From Gemmatimonadota bacterium (GTDB lineage: Bacteria > Gemmatimonadota > Gemmatimonadetes > Gemmatimonadales > GWC2-71-9), in the NCBI GenBank assembly GCA_041482275.1, contig JBGPDL010000003.1, positions 10,962-74,961 of the forward strand: 64,000 nucleotides of DNA, in the 5' to 3' direction. Below, piece by piece: positions 54,269 to 62,780 of this stretch. The notes beneath the pieces are model-generated. The model searched no databases, was not told the DNA's origin, and worked only from the letters and a program-made list of their open reading frames with translations. Within the stretch, counting starts at the first letter, position 1. The number at the start of each line of letters is the position of its first letter. Made by a program: the position numbers and the translations under genes.

Positions 54269-55305
54269 CTCGGTCGGAGCCGATCGACCTGCGGAGCGAC
54301 ACGGTCACGCGACCCTCGCTCGCCATGCGCCGCGCGATGGCCGAGGCGGAAGTGGGCGACGACGTGCTCGACCGCGACCCCACGACGCGCCGCCTCGAAG
54401 AGCGCGTGGCCGAGCTGCTGGGCAAAGACGAGGCCCTGTTTTTTCCGTCCGGCACGCAGGCGAATCAGACGGCGGTCGCGCTGCTCGCCCGACCCGGGAC
54501 CGAGCTGCTGCTCGAGGCCGACGCGCACCTCGTGCATTATGAGCTGGCCGGCGTGGCGGCGAACTGGGGCGTGCAGATCCGGCCCATCAGCACCCCCGAT
54601 GGCCTCTTGACCGCCGACCTGGTACGCGCGGCCCTGCGACCCCCTTCCCCCCACCTACCGCAGGCCGGCGCCGTGGCGGTGGAAAACACGCACAACGCGG
54701 CCGGCGGCAGGGTCATGCCGGCCGACGTGATGGACGGTATCGTGGGCGCCGCCCGCGCCGCCCGGGTGCCCGTGCATCTCGACGGCGCGCGCTTGTGGAA
54801 CGCGGCGGCAGCACAAGGGCTCCCACCCGACCGTCTGGCGCGCGGAGCGACGACGGTGATGGTCAGTCTCTCGAAGGGGCTCGGCTGTCCCGTCGGGTCG
54901 TGCCTCGCGTTCGGCACGGGCGACGTGGAGCGGGCCCGTGCTTGGGAGATCCGCAAGCGGCTGGGCGGGGGGATGCGCCAGTCTGGCATCCTCGCTGCGG
55001 CGGGGTTGTACGCGCTCGAGCACAACCTGAGTCGCGTCTCCGACGACCACGACAACGCCCGTCTCCTGGCCGAGCGACTTTCCGACTGCCCGGCCGTCCT
55101 CCCGTCGGCTCCGCAGTCGAACATCGTGATCATCGACCTGGTGCGGGAGCGCGATACCGCCGAGGATGTGATCCCGAAGCTGGCGGGCGCGGGGGTTCTT
55201 ATGGTACCGTTCGGCGCACGCCGGCTGCGCGCCGTGACGCATCTCGACGTGTCGCGGGCCGACGTGGTCCGCGCGGCGGAGGCCATCGGGTCGACGCTGC
55301 GCTGA
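54265..55305 (+). CDS. ltaE: Low-specificity L-threonine aldolase
   Basis: IDLRSDTVTRP N-terminus and PLP-lysine region SLSKGLG. 346 aa. Confidence 0.85.
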   Translation: MTRSEPIDLRSDTVTRPSLAMRRAMAEAEVGDDVLDRDPTTRRLEERVAELLGKDEALFFPSGTQANQTAVALLARPGTELLLEADAHLVHYELAGVAANWGVQIRPISTPDGLLTADLVRAALRPPSPHLPQAGAVAVENTHNAAGGRVMPADVMDGIVGAARAARVPVHLDGARLWNAAAAQGLPPDRLARGATTVMVSLSKGLGCPVGSCLAFGTGDVERARAWEIRKRLGGGMRQSGILAAAGLYALEHNLSRVSDDHDNARLLAERLSDCPAVLPSAPQSNIVIIDLVRERDTAEDVIPKLAGAGVLMVPFGARRLRAVTHLDVSRADVVRAAEAIGSTLR

Positions 55306-55327
55306 GCGGCGCATTATCTTGGGGGCG

Positions 55328-57010
55328 ATGGGCACAGGCGGTCCGCTGCGCCAGCCGATACCTGTCGCCCGGTCGATTCTGTGGAGCCCTGCGGGTGAGG
55401 GCCCCAAGCGACCGGGCCACATCCCGTTTCCCATTTTTCTCTCGCAGTCCGCCCTGACGGCGGTCCACGAACATCTCACCGCGCCGCAGCGGCCGGGCCA
55501 GGGTGTCCTCGGGTTCCTCTTGGGCGACCTGTGCGAGTGTCCCGAGACCAACCTCTCCTACCTCGTGATCGACTCCGCCGTGCGCTTGAACCAGGCGATC
55601 TACGGCGACCGCACGCGCGATGTGGTCACCCGGTTGTGGGACCGCGTCCAAGCGCAGCTCGAGGAGCAACGGGCCTACCTCATCGGCTGGTATCACACGC
55701 ACCCGCCGCTCCCGCTGCACCTCACGGAGCACGACGTCGAGACGCACGAGCAATACTTCGGTGAGCCGTGGCAGATGGCGTTGCTGCTCGGCACCGACCC
55801 GGCGGAGCCGGCGGCGGCGTTCTTCCGGGCCGGCTCGGAGGACACCTGGGTCAGCACGCCGTTGCCGTTCTACGAGCTGTTGAACCCCGACTCGATCCGG
55901 CCCGACGGCAAGAAGCGCTCGTATATCACCTGGAAGAACTACCGGGCCTACAGTGCGGTCACGCCGCCGGCGGTCACCGGGCCGCACGCTGCGGCCGCGC
56001 CGCACGCTGCGGCCGCGCCGCGCGCCCCGGGGGCGAGGCCGCCTGCGGAGCCGAAATTCACGCCGGCGTCCGCCAAGCCGAAGCCACCGCCGCCTCCTCC
56101 TCTCCCGCCCCCCCCGGAGCGCCGGCCGCGGCAGCCGGAACCCCCGGAGCCCGAGGAGAGCGGAGAACTCAAGTTCCTCACCGCCGCCGAAGACATGCCC
56201 CCGTCCCCGCCGCGGCGACCCACGCCTCCACCCCGTCCGGCCCTGCCGCTACCGCCCGAGCCCGAACTCGAGGCCGAGCCCGCGGTCGCTCCCGTCGCTC
56301 CGACGCACGAGGGCCACGCGGCGGCCGCACCGGTCTGGCCGGACGAATTCGAACGCGGCGAGGAAGTGGAGCCGGAGTCACTGGAGGAGACGACCGACCG
56401 CCCACACCCTGCGCCCCGTCGCCGCCGCAGACTGCCCCGCAAGCTGCGCCTGACGCTGCTGCTGCTCGCGCTCGCCGCCGCCGCGGGAGGTGCGTACTGG
56501 TGGTTTCAGCCGGAGCTGCCGCTGCCGACTTGGTCGACCATCACGGCGCGCTGGTCCGCCCTCACGGCGAAGCTCTCCGGGCTGTCGGGCACGGTGTCGG
56601 CGCTCAAGGCGAAGTTTCGGCGCACGCCGCCCGCCCCGGCCCCCGCGGCTACGCACCAGCCCGCCACACTGCCGCCGCGGCCCGCGACGGTGTCCCCGCC
56701 CGTGCCGCCGCCGGCGGCTGCGCCCGCTGCGCGGTCGCCCCCCGCGATGCTCGACGTGAGCGGTGACTCGCTCGCGCAATCGGTGCGGAACTTCGCCGAG
56801 CGGGCCGGCCTGTTCGCCCGGGGGCAGCTGCCTTGCGCCGGGTTGTCGCGCGGCCTCTCGGCGGTCGAGAAGGGCTGGATCGCCTACAACACGGCTCGGC
56901 GCAATGCCGGCGTGCTCGACGCCGCGCATGCCGTGCGCGACCAGAAGCTGTACGCGGGTGTCGACTCCGTGGAACGCCGGTTCGAGCAGTCGGGATGCCC
57001 GCGGCCCTAG
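55328..57010 (+). CDS. MPN/JAMM-like domain - Pro-rich linker - TM - C-terminal domain protein
   Basis: GWYHTHPPLPLHLTEHD aligns position-for-position with the JAMM motif HxHx7Sx2D (Thr in place of Ser). Long PPPP/PEP linker and TM segment LTLLLLALAAAAGGAYWWF. Confidence 0.55.
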   Translation: MGTGGPLRQPIPVARSILWSPAGEGPKRPGHIPFPIFLSQSALTAVHEHLTAPQRPGQGVLGFLLGDLCECPETNLSYLVIDSAVRLNQAIYGDRTRDVVTRLWDRVQAQLEEQRAYLIGWYHTHPPLPLHLTEHDVETHEQYFGEPWQMALLLGTDPAEPAAAFFRAGSEDTWVSTPLPFYELLNPDSIRPDGKKRSYITWKNYRAYSAVTPPAVTGPHAAAAPHAAAAPRAPGARPPAEPKFTPASAKPKPPPPPPLPPPPERRPRQPEPPEPEESGELKFLTAAEDMPPSPPRRPTPPPRPALPLPPEPELEAEPAVAPVAPTHEGHAAAAPVWPDEFERGEEVEPESLEETTDRPHPAPRRRRRLPRKLRLTLLLLALAAAAGGAYWWFQPELPLPTWSTITARWSALTAKLSGLSGTVSALKAKFRRTPPAPAPAATHQPATLPPRPATVSPPVPPPAAAPAARSPPAMLDVSGDSLAQSVRNFAERAGLFARGQLPCAGLSRGLSAVEKGWIAYNTARRNAGVLDAAHAVRDQKLYAGVDSVERRFEQSGCPRP

Positions 57011-58008
57011 CGCGCTTACTGCTGCTGCTACTGCTGCCCGTGCAGGGTGGCGAACGCCTCCGCAAGACTGACTTGGTCAGGCTGCTCTCGAGCGCCACGC
57101 TCGAACCCGACGAGCTCGCCGCCTTGATCCGGCGCAGCTGCCTGAGCTTTGTGCCCACCGGCCGGGACCGCGCCGATTTCGTGGCCTTGGGCGCCGACTC
57201 GAGCGTGCTGCGCGAGATCGACGGCTGCGTCCGGCGCGCCGCGGCGCCACGTCGGGCGTCGCCGCGTCGGGCGTCGCCGCCCGCAGGGGCCGCCGTCGCG
57301 CCCCGGCCGGCCGGGCCGGTCGCTCCCGCGCCCGCCACCGGCCCCGCGGCCGTCACACTGCCGCCTCCCGCCCGCCGGCGCGCGCCGGTGGCCGCGGCGC
57401 GCACGGGGTTCGTGCTCGGCGTCGGCCAGCACGCCGCGGCCGGGACGCCGCCCCCGCTGCCGCTCGTGTTCGAAGCGCGAGACACGAGCGGTGCGCCGAT
57501 CCCCGGTGAGGAGGTCGCGCTGGGCGCAGTCAACGGACGCGTCGCGGCGACGCGGGTCGTGACCGACTCGAACGGCCGAATACGCGTCGATCTCATCCTG
57601 GGCCCCAGGGTAGGCGCGGTGCAGGTGACCGCGACCCTCGGCGCGATCGAGCGGCAGGCCACGCTGTACGCCGAGCCGGGGGCCGCCGTGACGCTCGCGC
57701 TGCGTTGCGGCGAGGCGGGCATCTCGGGTCGCGTCTCCTTCACGCCGCGCGTCGCGGTCGTGTTGCGGCTCACGGCGCAGGACGCTTTCGGCAACGCCGC
57801 GCCTGTCACGGGATTGCAGGCCGCAGCCGGCGATCGCGGCGTGCTGCGAGTGGCCTTCGTGGGGGCGGACTCCGCGGGGGGACTGGTGCGGGTCGAGCCC
57901 CGGGACGAAGGCTCGACGAGTCTTGTGGTCGTGGCATCGCGGCAGCGGGAGGATCTGAGCGTCACCGTTGCCAAGCGACCCGCCGCGGGCGCGACGCACT
58001 GCCCCTAG
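56995..58008 (+). CDS. Secreted protein with Ig-like (Big-type) repeats
   Basis: Signal peptide MPAALARLLLLLLLPVQG. C-terminal beta-rich repeats (VVTDSNGRIRVDL.., VQVTATLG..). Overlaps the previous gene by 16 nt. Confidence 0.5.
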   Translation: MPAALARLLLLLLLPVQGGERLRKTDLVRLLSSATLEPDELAALIRRSCLSFVPTGRDRADFVALGADSSVLREIDGCVRRAAAPRRASPRRASPPAGAAVAPRPAGPVAPAPATGPAAVTLPPPARRRAPVAAARTGFVLGVGQHAAAGTPPPLPLVFEARDTSGAPIPGEEVALGAVNGRVAATRVVTDSNGRIRVDLILGPRVGAVQVTATLGAIERQATLYAEPGAAVTLALRCGEAGISGRVSFTPRVAVVLRLTAQDAFGNAAPVTGLQAAAGDRGVLRVAFVGADSAGGLVRVEPRDEGSTSLVVVASRQREDLSVTVAKRPAAGATHCP

Positions 58009-58090
58009 AAGACCGCGCGGCGGGTCTGTGTGCGGTACACCCCGGGGCGTCTCTCCCTGTTCTCCGCTTCGCCGTCAGGCTAGCTTTCGG

Positions 58091-58190
58091 TGCCCCAGGT
58101 CCGCAGGTCGTCCACGCGTGAACCGCGTCAGGCCCCCGCAGGGAGCAGCGCTAAGCGAGGTCGGGCGTCGCTGCGGGGTGCCTGGGGCAT
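58091..58190 (+). ncRNA. ffs: Signal recognition particle RNA (4.5S type)
   Basis: Terminal helix TGCCCCAGG(58091)/CCTGGGGCA(58181) and CCGCAG/CTGCGG. Domain IV core GUCAGGCCC..GGGAGCAGC matches E. coli GUCAGGUCCGGAAGGAAGCAGCC. Classical position directly upstream of dnaX-ybaB-recR. TAGCTT -10 box at 58081. Confidence 0.7.
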
Positions 58191-58197
58191 TCCTCAT

Positions 58198-58300
58198 CGA
58201 ATGCGGAATGCGGAACTGGGAATGCGGAATTGCCATGGGACGTCGAGCGGCAAGACGCTCACCGTTACATTCCGCATTCCGCACTCCCCATTTCGCATTC
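58198..58300. repeat. Heptamer-palindrome intergenic repeat, copy 3 (long form)
   Basis: Left arm CGAATGCGGAATGCGGAACTGGGAATGCGGAATTGCC, right arm CATTCCGCATTCCGCACTCCCCATTTCGCATTC. Lies between ffs and dnaX. Confidence 0.85.
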
Positions 58301-58317
58301 TCGTTAGATTGGCTCGC

Positions 58318-59973
58318 ATGATCGCATTGGCCCGCAAGTACCGCCCCAAGAAATTCGCCGACCTTCTCGCCCAAGACCATATCGCCGCGGCATTACGCGG
58401 AGCCGTGGCGGCGGGCCGGGTGGCGCACGGGTACCTGTTCGCGGGCCCGCGCGGCGTGGGTAAGACGACCGCCGCACGCATCCTGGCAATGGCGCTGAAC
58501 TGCGAGCGGCGTGCCGCCGCCGAGGCGGCGGGTTCGGGGGAGCCGTGCGGCGAGTGCGAGTCATGCACCCGCATCTGGAACGGGGCCGTGAACCTCGACG
58601 TGGTCGAGCTCGACGCCGCGTCGAACCGCGGGGTGGACGATGCCCGCGACCTGCGCGAGCGGGCGATGTACGCGGCCTCGGCGGAGGGCCGCCACAAGGT
58701 GTACATCGTGGACGAGGCGCATATGTTGACCCGCGAGGCGTGGAACGCGCTGCTCAAGATTCTGGAAGAGCCACCGTCGCGCGTCGTGTTCGTCTTTGCC
58801 ACCACGGAGCCGCAGAAGATCGCGCAGAGTGCGGCGCCGATCCTGTCGCGGCTGCAGCGCTTCGATTTCCGGCGCATCGGCCCGCACGCCATCGCCGAGC
58901 GGCTGCGGCACGTGGCCGCCGCCGAGGGGCTCGCGGCGGACGACGACGCGCTGCACCTGATCGCGAAGAGCGCGGACGGCGGCATGCGCGACGGACTCTC
59001 CCTTCTCGACCAGGTCGTCTCGTTCGGCGCAGGACCCGTGACGGCCGCGCGGGTTCGCGAGGTGCTCGGTTTGATCTCGGACGATGTCTACGGCGAGCTG
59101 CTACGGCTCGTGTCCGAGCGGGACCCGAATGCGGTATTCCCACTGGAGGAGCGGCTCGTAGACGCCGGTGCCGATCTCGGCGAGTTCGTCGCCGGCGCGG
59201 GCGAAGTCCTGCGCGCGGTGCTGATGGTGAATCTCGGAGGCAAGGCCGAGGGATTCACAGAGGCAATGCAGGCCCTGATCGAGCGGTATCGCTCCCCGCT
59301 TCCCGCTCCCGACGTGGTGCGATTGCTGGCGGTGCTCACCGAGCTCGAGCCCCAGTTCCGAGCCGGCGGCAGCGCGCGGCTCGCGGTCGAGCTGTTGCTC
59401 TTGCGGTGGGCGATGATGAGCCGGACGGTGGAGCTCGAGGCGGTCATTCGAGCCCTCGGTAAAGGACCCGGACCGGGGGAGGGGCAAGGGGGAACGGGGA
59501 AGTCCGATGCGGCACCGGTACTTCGCGACGCCGCACCGTTCCCCCTGCCCGCTTCCCAGGCAGTTCCGCCGGAGAAAGGCCCCCTGACCGTCGACCGGCT
59601 TCGAGCGCTCTGGCCCCGCGTGATCGATGACACCCGTGCGAAGAGCCCGATGCTCGGGGCGCTGCTGCAGGTCAGCGAAGTCGCCGGGGTGGAGGGCGGC
59701 ACCATCACGATCCGCCTGCTCGACACCAACGCGGTGCACGCGGAGGGATTGGAGCGGCAGCGCGAGGCGCTGAGTCAGCTCATCGGGCGCTACGTCACGG
59801 AGCCGGTGCGCGTCAAGCTCGAGAGCGCGGGGAGCGGGGAGCGGGCCGCCGCGCCACGACCCGGCCGGCTGACGGAGGAGGGGGCGCGCGCCGAACGGCT
59901 CAAGGCCCTGCGGGCGAAGGATCCCGGGCTCAGTACCGCGGTGGACGCATTAGATTTGGAGTTGTTGCAGTAG
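58318..59973 (+). CDS. dnaX: DNA polymerase III subunits gamma/tau
   Basis: ARKYRP..F, GYLFAGPRGVGKTT Walker A, zinc module CGECESC, VYIVDEAHML, SRLQRF. ATG at 58318. Confidence 0.95.
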   Translation: MIALARKYRPKKFADLLAQDHIAAALRGAVAAGRVAHGYLFAGPRGVGKTTAARILAMALNCERRAAAEAAGSGEPCGECESCTRIWNGAVNLDVVELDAASNRGVDDARDLRERAMYAASAEGRHKVYIVDEAHMLTREAWNALLKILEEPPSRVVFVFATTEPQKIAQSAAPILSRLQRFDFRRIGPHAIAERLRHVAAAEGLAADDDALHLIAKSADGGMRDGLSLLDQVVSFGAGPVTAARVREVLGLISDDVYGELLRLVSERDPNAVFPLEERLVDAGADLGEFVAGAGEVLRAVLMVNLGGKAEGFTEAMQALIERYRSPLPAPDVVRLLAVLTELEPQFRAGGSARLAVELLLLRWAMMSRTVELEAVIRALGKGPGPGEGQGGTGKSDAAPVLRDAAPFPLPASQAVPPEKGPLTVDRLRALWPRVIDDTRAKSPMLGALLQVSEVAGVEGGTITIRLLDTNAVHAEGLERQREALSQLIGRYVTEPVRVKLESAGSGERAAAPRPGRLTEEGARAERLKALRAKDPGLSTAVDALDLELLQ

Positions 59974-60010
59974 CTTGCCACCCGTTTGAGCGAGGGGTAA
60001 CTTTCGACGT

Positions 60011-60328
60011 ATGGCGGATTTATCCAACCTGCTCCAGCTGGGGCAGCAGATGCAGTTCCGGTTGTCGGAGATCCAGTCCCAGCTGGCCCAGCAGACGGTC
60101 ACCTGCACGGCGGGCGGCGGGATGGTGGCGGCGACGGCCGACGGGCGGGGCCAGATCCGTGCCATTAAGATCGATCCCCAGGCGCTTGCGCAGGGGGACG
60201 TGGAAATGCTCGAGGACCTCGTGCTCGCCGCGGTGTCGCAAGCGCAGCAGCGCGCCGCCGAGCTGTACCAGGCGGAGGTCAAAAAGCTCGCCTCCGGCCT
60301 GCCGCTGCCGTTTCAGCTGCCGCTGTAG
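60011..60328 (+). CDS. ybaB: Nucleoid-associated protein YbaB/EbfC
   Basis: 105 aa, GGGMV..T..G.G....KIDP.. pattern. Conserved position between dnaX and recR. Confidence 0.9.
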   Translation: MADLSNLLQLGQQMQFRLSEIQSQLAQQTVTCTAGGGMVAATADGRGQIRAIKIDPQALAQGDVEMLEDLVLAAVSQAQQRAAELYQAEVKKLASGLPLPFQLPL

Positions 60329-60333
60329 CCCAC

Positions 60334-60936
60334 GTGTCGGCCATCGAAGATCTCGTGACGGAGCTGGCCAAGCTCCCCGGGATCGGGCGGAAGACGGCGC
60401 AGCGGCTCACGTTTTACCTGTTGAAGCAGCCGGTGGACACCGCCACGCGCCTGGCGGAGGTGATCCGCAGCGTGCGCGAGCGGATCACCGCGTGCGGCGT
60501 GTGCGGTACGCTCACCGATGAAGACCCCTGCGCGATCTGCGGCGACCCGCGGCGCGACGCGAGCCTGCTGTGCGTGGTGGAGGAGGCCGCGGACGTCGCC
60601 GCCATCGAGCGGGCGGGGCGGTTCCGGGGCCGCTACCACGTACTGGGCGGGCGCCTCTCGCCGCTCGAAGGCGTGGGCCCGGAGGCGCTGCGATTCGACC
60701 GCCTGGTGGGCCGGGCGGCGAACGGGGCCGGGGTGCGCGAGGTGATCATCGCGACCAACCCCTCCATGGAAGGCGAAGTCACGGCGACGTACCTGCAGCA
60801 GATCTTGAAACCGACGGGCGTCCGGGTGACCCGCATCGCGCGGGGGCTCCCCGTGGGCGGGGATCTCGAGTACGCGGACGGCGTGACCATCGCGCAGGCT
60901 CTGCTGGCGCGGCGGGACATGGCCGAGTCCGACTGA
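60334..60936 (+). CDS. recR: Recombination protein RecR
   Basis: LPGIGRKTAQRL helix-hairpin-helix, C4 zinc finger CGVCG..CAIC, Toprim VVEEAADV. 200 aa. Confidence 0.95.
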   Translation: MSAIEDLVTELAKLPGIGRKTAQRLTFYLLKQPVDTATRLAEVIRSVRERITACGVCGTLTDEDPCAICGDPRRDASLLCVVEEAADVAAIERAGRFRGRYHVLGGRLSPLEGVGPEALRFDRLVGRAANGAGVREVIIATNPSMEGEVTATYLQQILKPTGVRVTRIARGLPVGGDLEYADGVTIAQALLARRDMAESD

Positions 60937-60949
60937 CCGGGGACACGTG

Positions 60950-61438
60950 ATGGCGGGTGCGGCGAGCTGGTCGTTTTCGGAAAGCGATTTCAAGCAGATC
61001 CAGCAGCATTTGCAGGCGTTCCTGCGCGATTCGAACGCCCGCTGTGCGCTGCTGGTGGACCGCACCGGCCAGCTCGTCGCCACCGTAGGCGAGCCGCCGC
61101 AGTTCGATTCCACCGCGTTCGCCTCCCTCACCGCCGCCGACTTCAGCGCCAACGACCAGCTTGCCAAGATGATCGGCGAGCACGAGTTCGCCTCCCTGGT
61201 GCATCAGGGCGAAAAAGAATCGATGTTCCTCGCGGACGTGGCGAAGCGGGTGATTCTCGTCGTGCTGTTCGACCAGCGCACGACCCTGGGCCTCGTGAAG
61301 CTCAAGGGCAAGGGCGCGGTGGAAAAACTCAACCAAATCTTCGCGGCGATGTTCAATCGCGTGGGCGCCGGCCCGGCCGCGCCCGAGAAGGGTCTGCTCG
61401 AGGGAGCGGAAGACGAAATTGACAAACTCTTCGGTTGA
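60950..61438 (+). CDS. mglB: Roadblock/LC7 domain protein (MglB-like GTPase-activating partner)
   Basis: ALLVDRTGQLVA and FASLVHQGEKESMFL blocks. Immediately upstream of mglA. Confidence 0.75.
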   Translation: MAGAASWSFSESDFKQIQQHLQAFLRDSNARCALLVDRTGQLVATVGEPPQFDSTAFASLTAADFSANDQLAKMIGEHEFASLVHQGEKESMFLADVAKRVILVVLFDQRTTLGLVKLKGKGAVEKLNQIFAAMFNRVGAGPAAPEKGLLEGAEDEIDKLFG

Positions 61439-61453
61439 GAGGACGCGCGTCCC

Positions 61454-62128
61454 ATGTCGATGATCAACTACGCGTCCCGCGAGATCAACTGCAAACTCGT
61501 CTACTACGGGCCGGGCTTGGGCGGCAAGACGACCAACCTGGAGCACATCTACGGGAAGGTCTCGCCCAACACGCGCGGCAAGATGATCTCGCTCGCCACG
61601 GAGACGGAGCGCACGCTGTTCTTCGACTTCCTGCCGGTGGACCTGGGCACGATCCGGGGCTTCAAGACGCGGTTCCACCTGTACACCGTGCCCGGCCAGG
61701 TCTACTACAACGCGAGCCGCAAGCTCATCTTGAAGGGCGTGGACGGGATCGCGTTCGTCGCCGACAGCCAGATCGAGCGCATGGAGGCGAACGTCGAATC
61801 GATGCAGAACCTGTACGACAACATGTCCGAGTACGGCTACGACTTGACGAAGATCCCGTTCGTCATCCAGTACAACAAGCGCGACCTGCCGAACGCCGCG
61901 CCGATCCGGGATCTCCAGGCGTCGCTCAACCCCGGCTGGCCCGTCGACGACGGGGCGCAGCAGAAAATCGTTCCCGATGCCGCGCACCCGGGCGAGAACC
62001 TGATCGAGCGGGTCGACAACCAGTGGATCGGCCGCGCGCCGTACCTCGAGGCCGTGGCGGTCCGCGGCGACGGCGTGTTCGACACCTTGAAGACCATCAG
62101 CAAGATGGTGTTGAAGACGCTGAGCTAG
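61454..62128 (+). CDS. mglA: Ras-like small GTPase MglA (with an internal insertion near the C-terminus)
   Basis: Near-identical blocks to Myxococcus MglA as I recall it: [75 protein letters not shown]. Confidence 0.9.
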   Translation: MSMINYASREINCKLVYYGPGLGGKTTNLEHIYGKVSPNTRGKMISLATETERTLFFDFLPVDLGTIRGFKTRFHLYTVPGQVYYNASRKLILKGVDGIAFVADSQIERMEANVESMQNLYDNMSEYGYDLTKIPFVIQYNKRDLPNAAPIRDLQASLNPGWPVDDGAQQKIVPDAAHPGENLIERVDNQWIGRAPYLEAVAVRGDGVFDTLKTISKMVLKTLS

Positions 62129-62138
62129 GCGAGGATCC

Positions 62139-62780
62139 ATGCGCTGGACCCTGCCCAACATCCTCACCCTCGCGCGCATCTGCCTCACGCCGGTCATCGC
62201 CCTGCTGCCGTTCATCCAGGGCTACTGGCCCAAGGTCATCGCGTTCCTCATCTTCCTGGCCGCGGGGGCGTCGGACGTGGTGGACGGCTACCTCGCGCGC
62301 CGTTACAACGAGGTGAGCGAGCTGGGCCAGCTGCTCGACCCGATCGCCGACAAGCTGCTGCTGTTCGCCACGCTGATCCCCATCTTCTGGCTCACGCGGC
62401 ACCCCACGATCCTGGTGGACTACCGCATTCCGTGGTGGGGGAGCTTCCCGGTGTGGGTGGCGCTGCTGTTGGTGGGGCGGGAGCTCCTGATTACCGCTTT
62501 TCGCTTTTTCGCGAAGCGGCGCGGGGTGGTGATCCCGGCGCTGGGTGCGGGAAAGCTCAAGGCGGTCGTGCAGAACGTGTTCATCGGTGCGACGCTGTTC
62601 TGGTTCGCGTGGAAGGACGTGCTCGCGACGCATGCCTTCGCGGGGTGGTTCCGGACCTTCTGGGACGAGTTCCACGGCGCCGTGGTGGCCTTGACGCTCG
62701 CCGGAGCGATTTTCCTCACCGTGTACTCCCTTATCGTGTACCTGTACCGCTACCGCGCGCTCTTCAAGGGCGGCGGGTGA
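62139..62780 (+). CDS. pgsA: CDP-diacylglycerol--glycerol-3-phosphate 3-phosphatidyltransferase
   Basis: CDP-alcohol transferase motif DVVDGYLAR.....G..LDPIADK. 213 aa. Confidence 0.9.
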   Translation: MRWTLPNILTLARICLTPVIALLPFIQGYWPKVIAFLIFLAAGASDVVDGYLARRYNEVSELGQLLDPIADKLLLFATLIPIFWLTRHPTILVDYRIPWWGSFPVWVALLLVGRELLITAFRFFAKRRGVVIPALGAGKLKAVVQNVFIGATLFWFAWKDVLATHAFAGWFRTFWDEFHGAVVALTLAGAIFLTVYSLIVYLYRYRALFKGGG

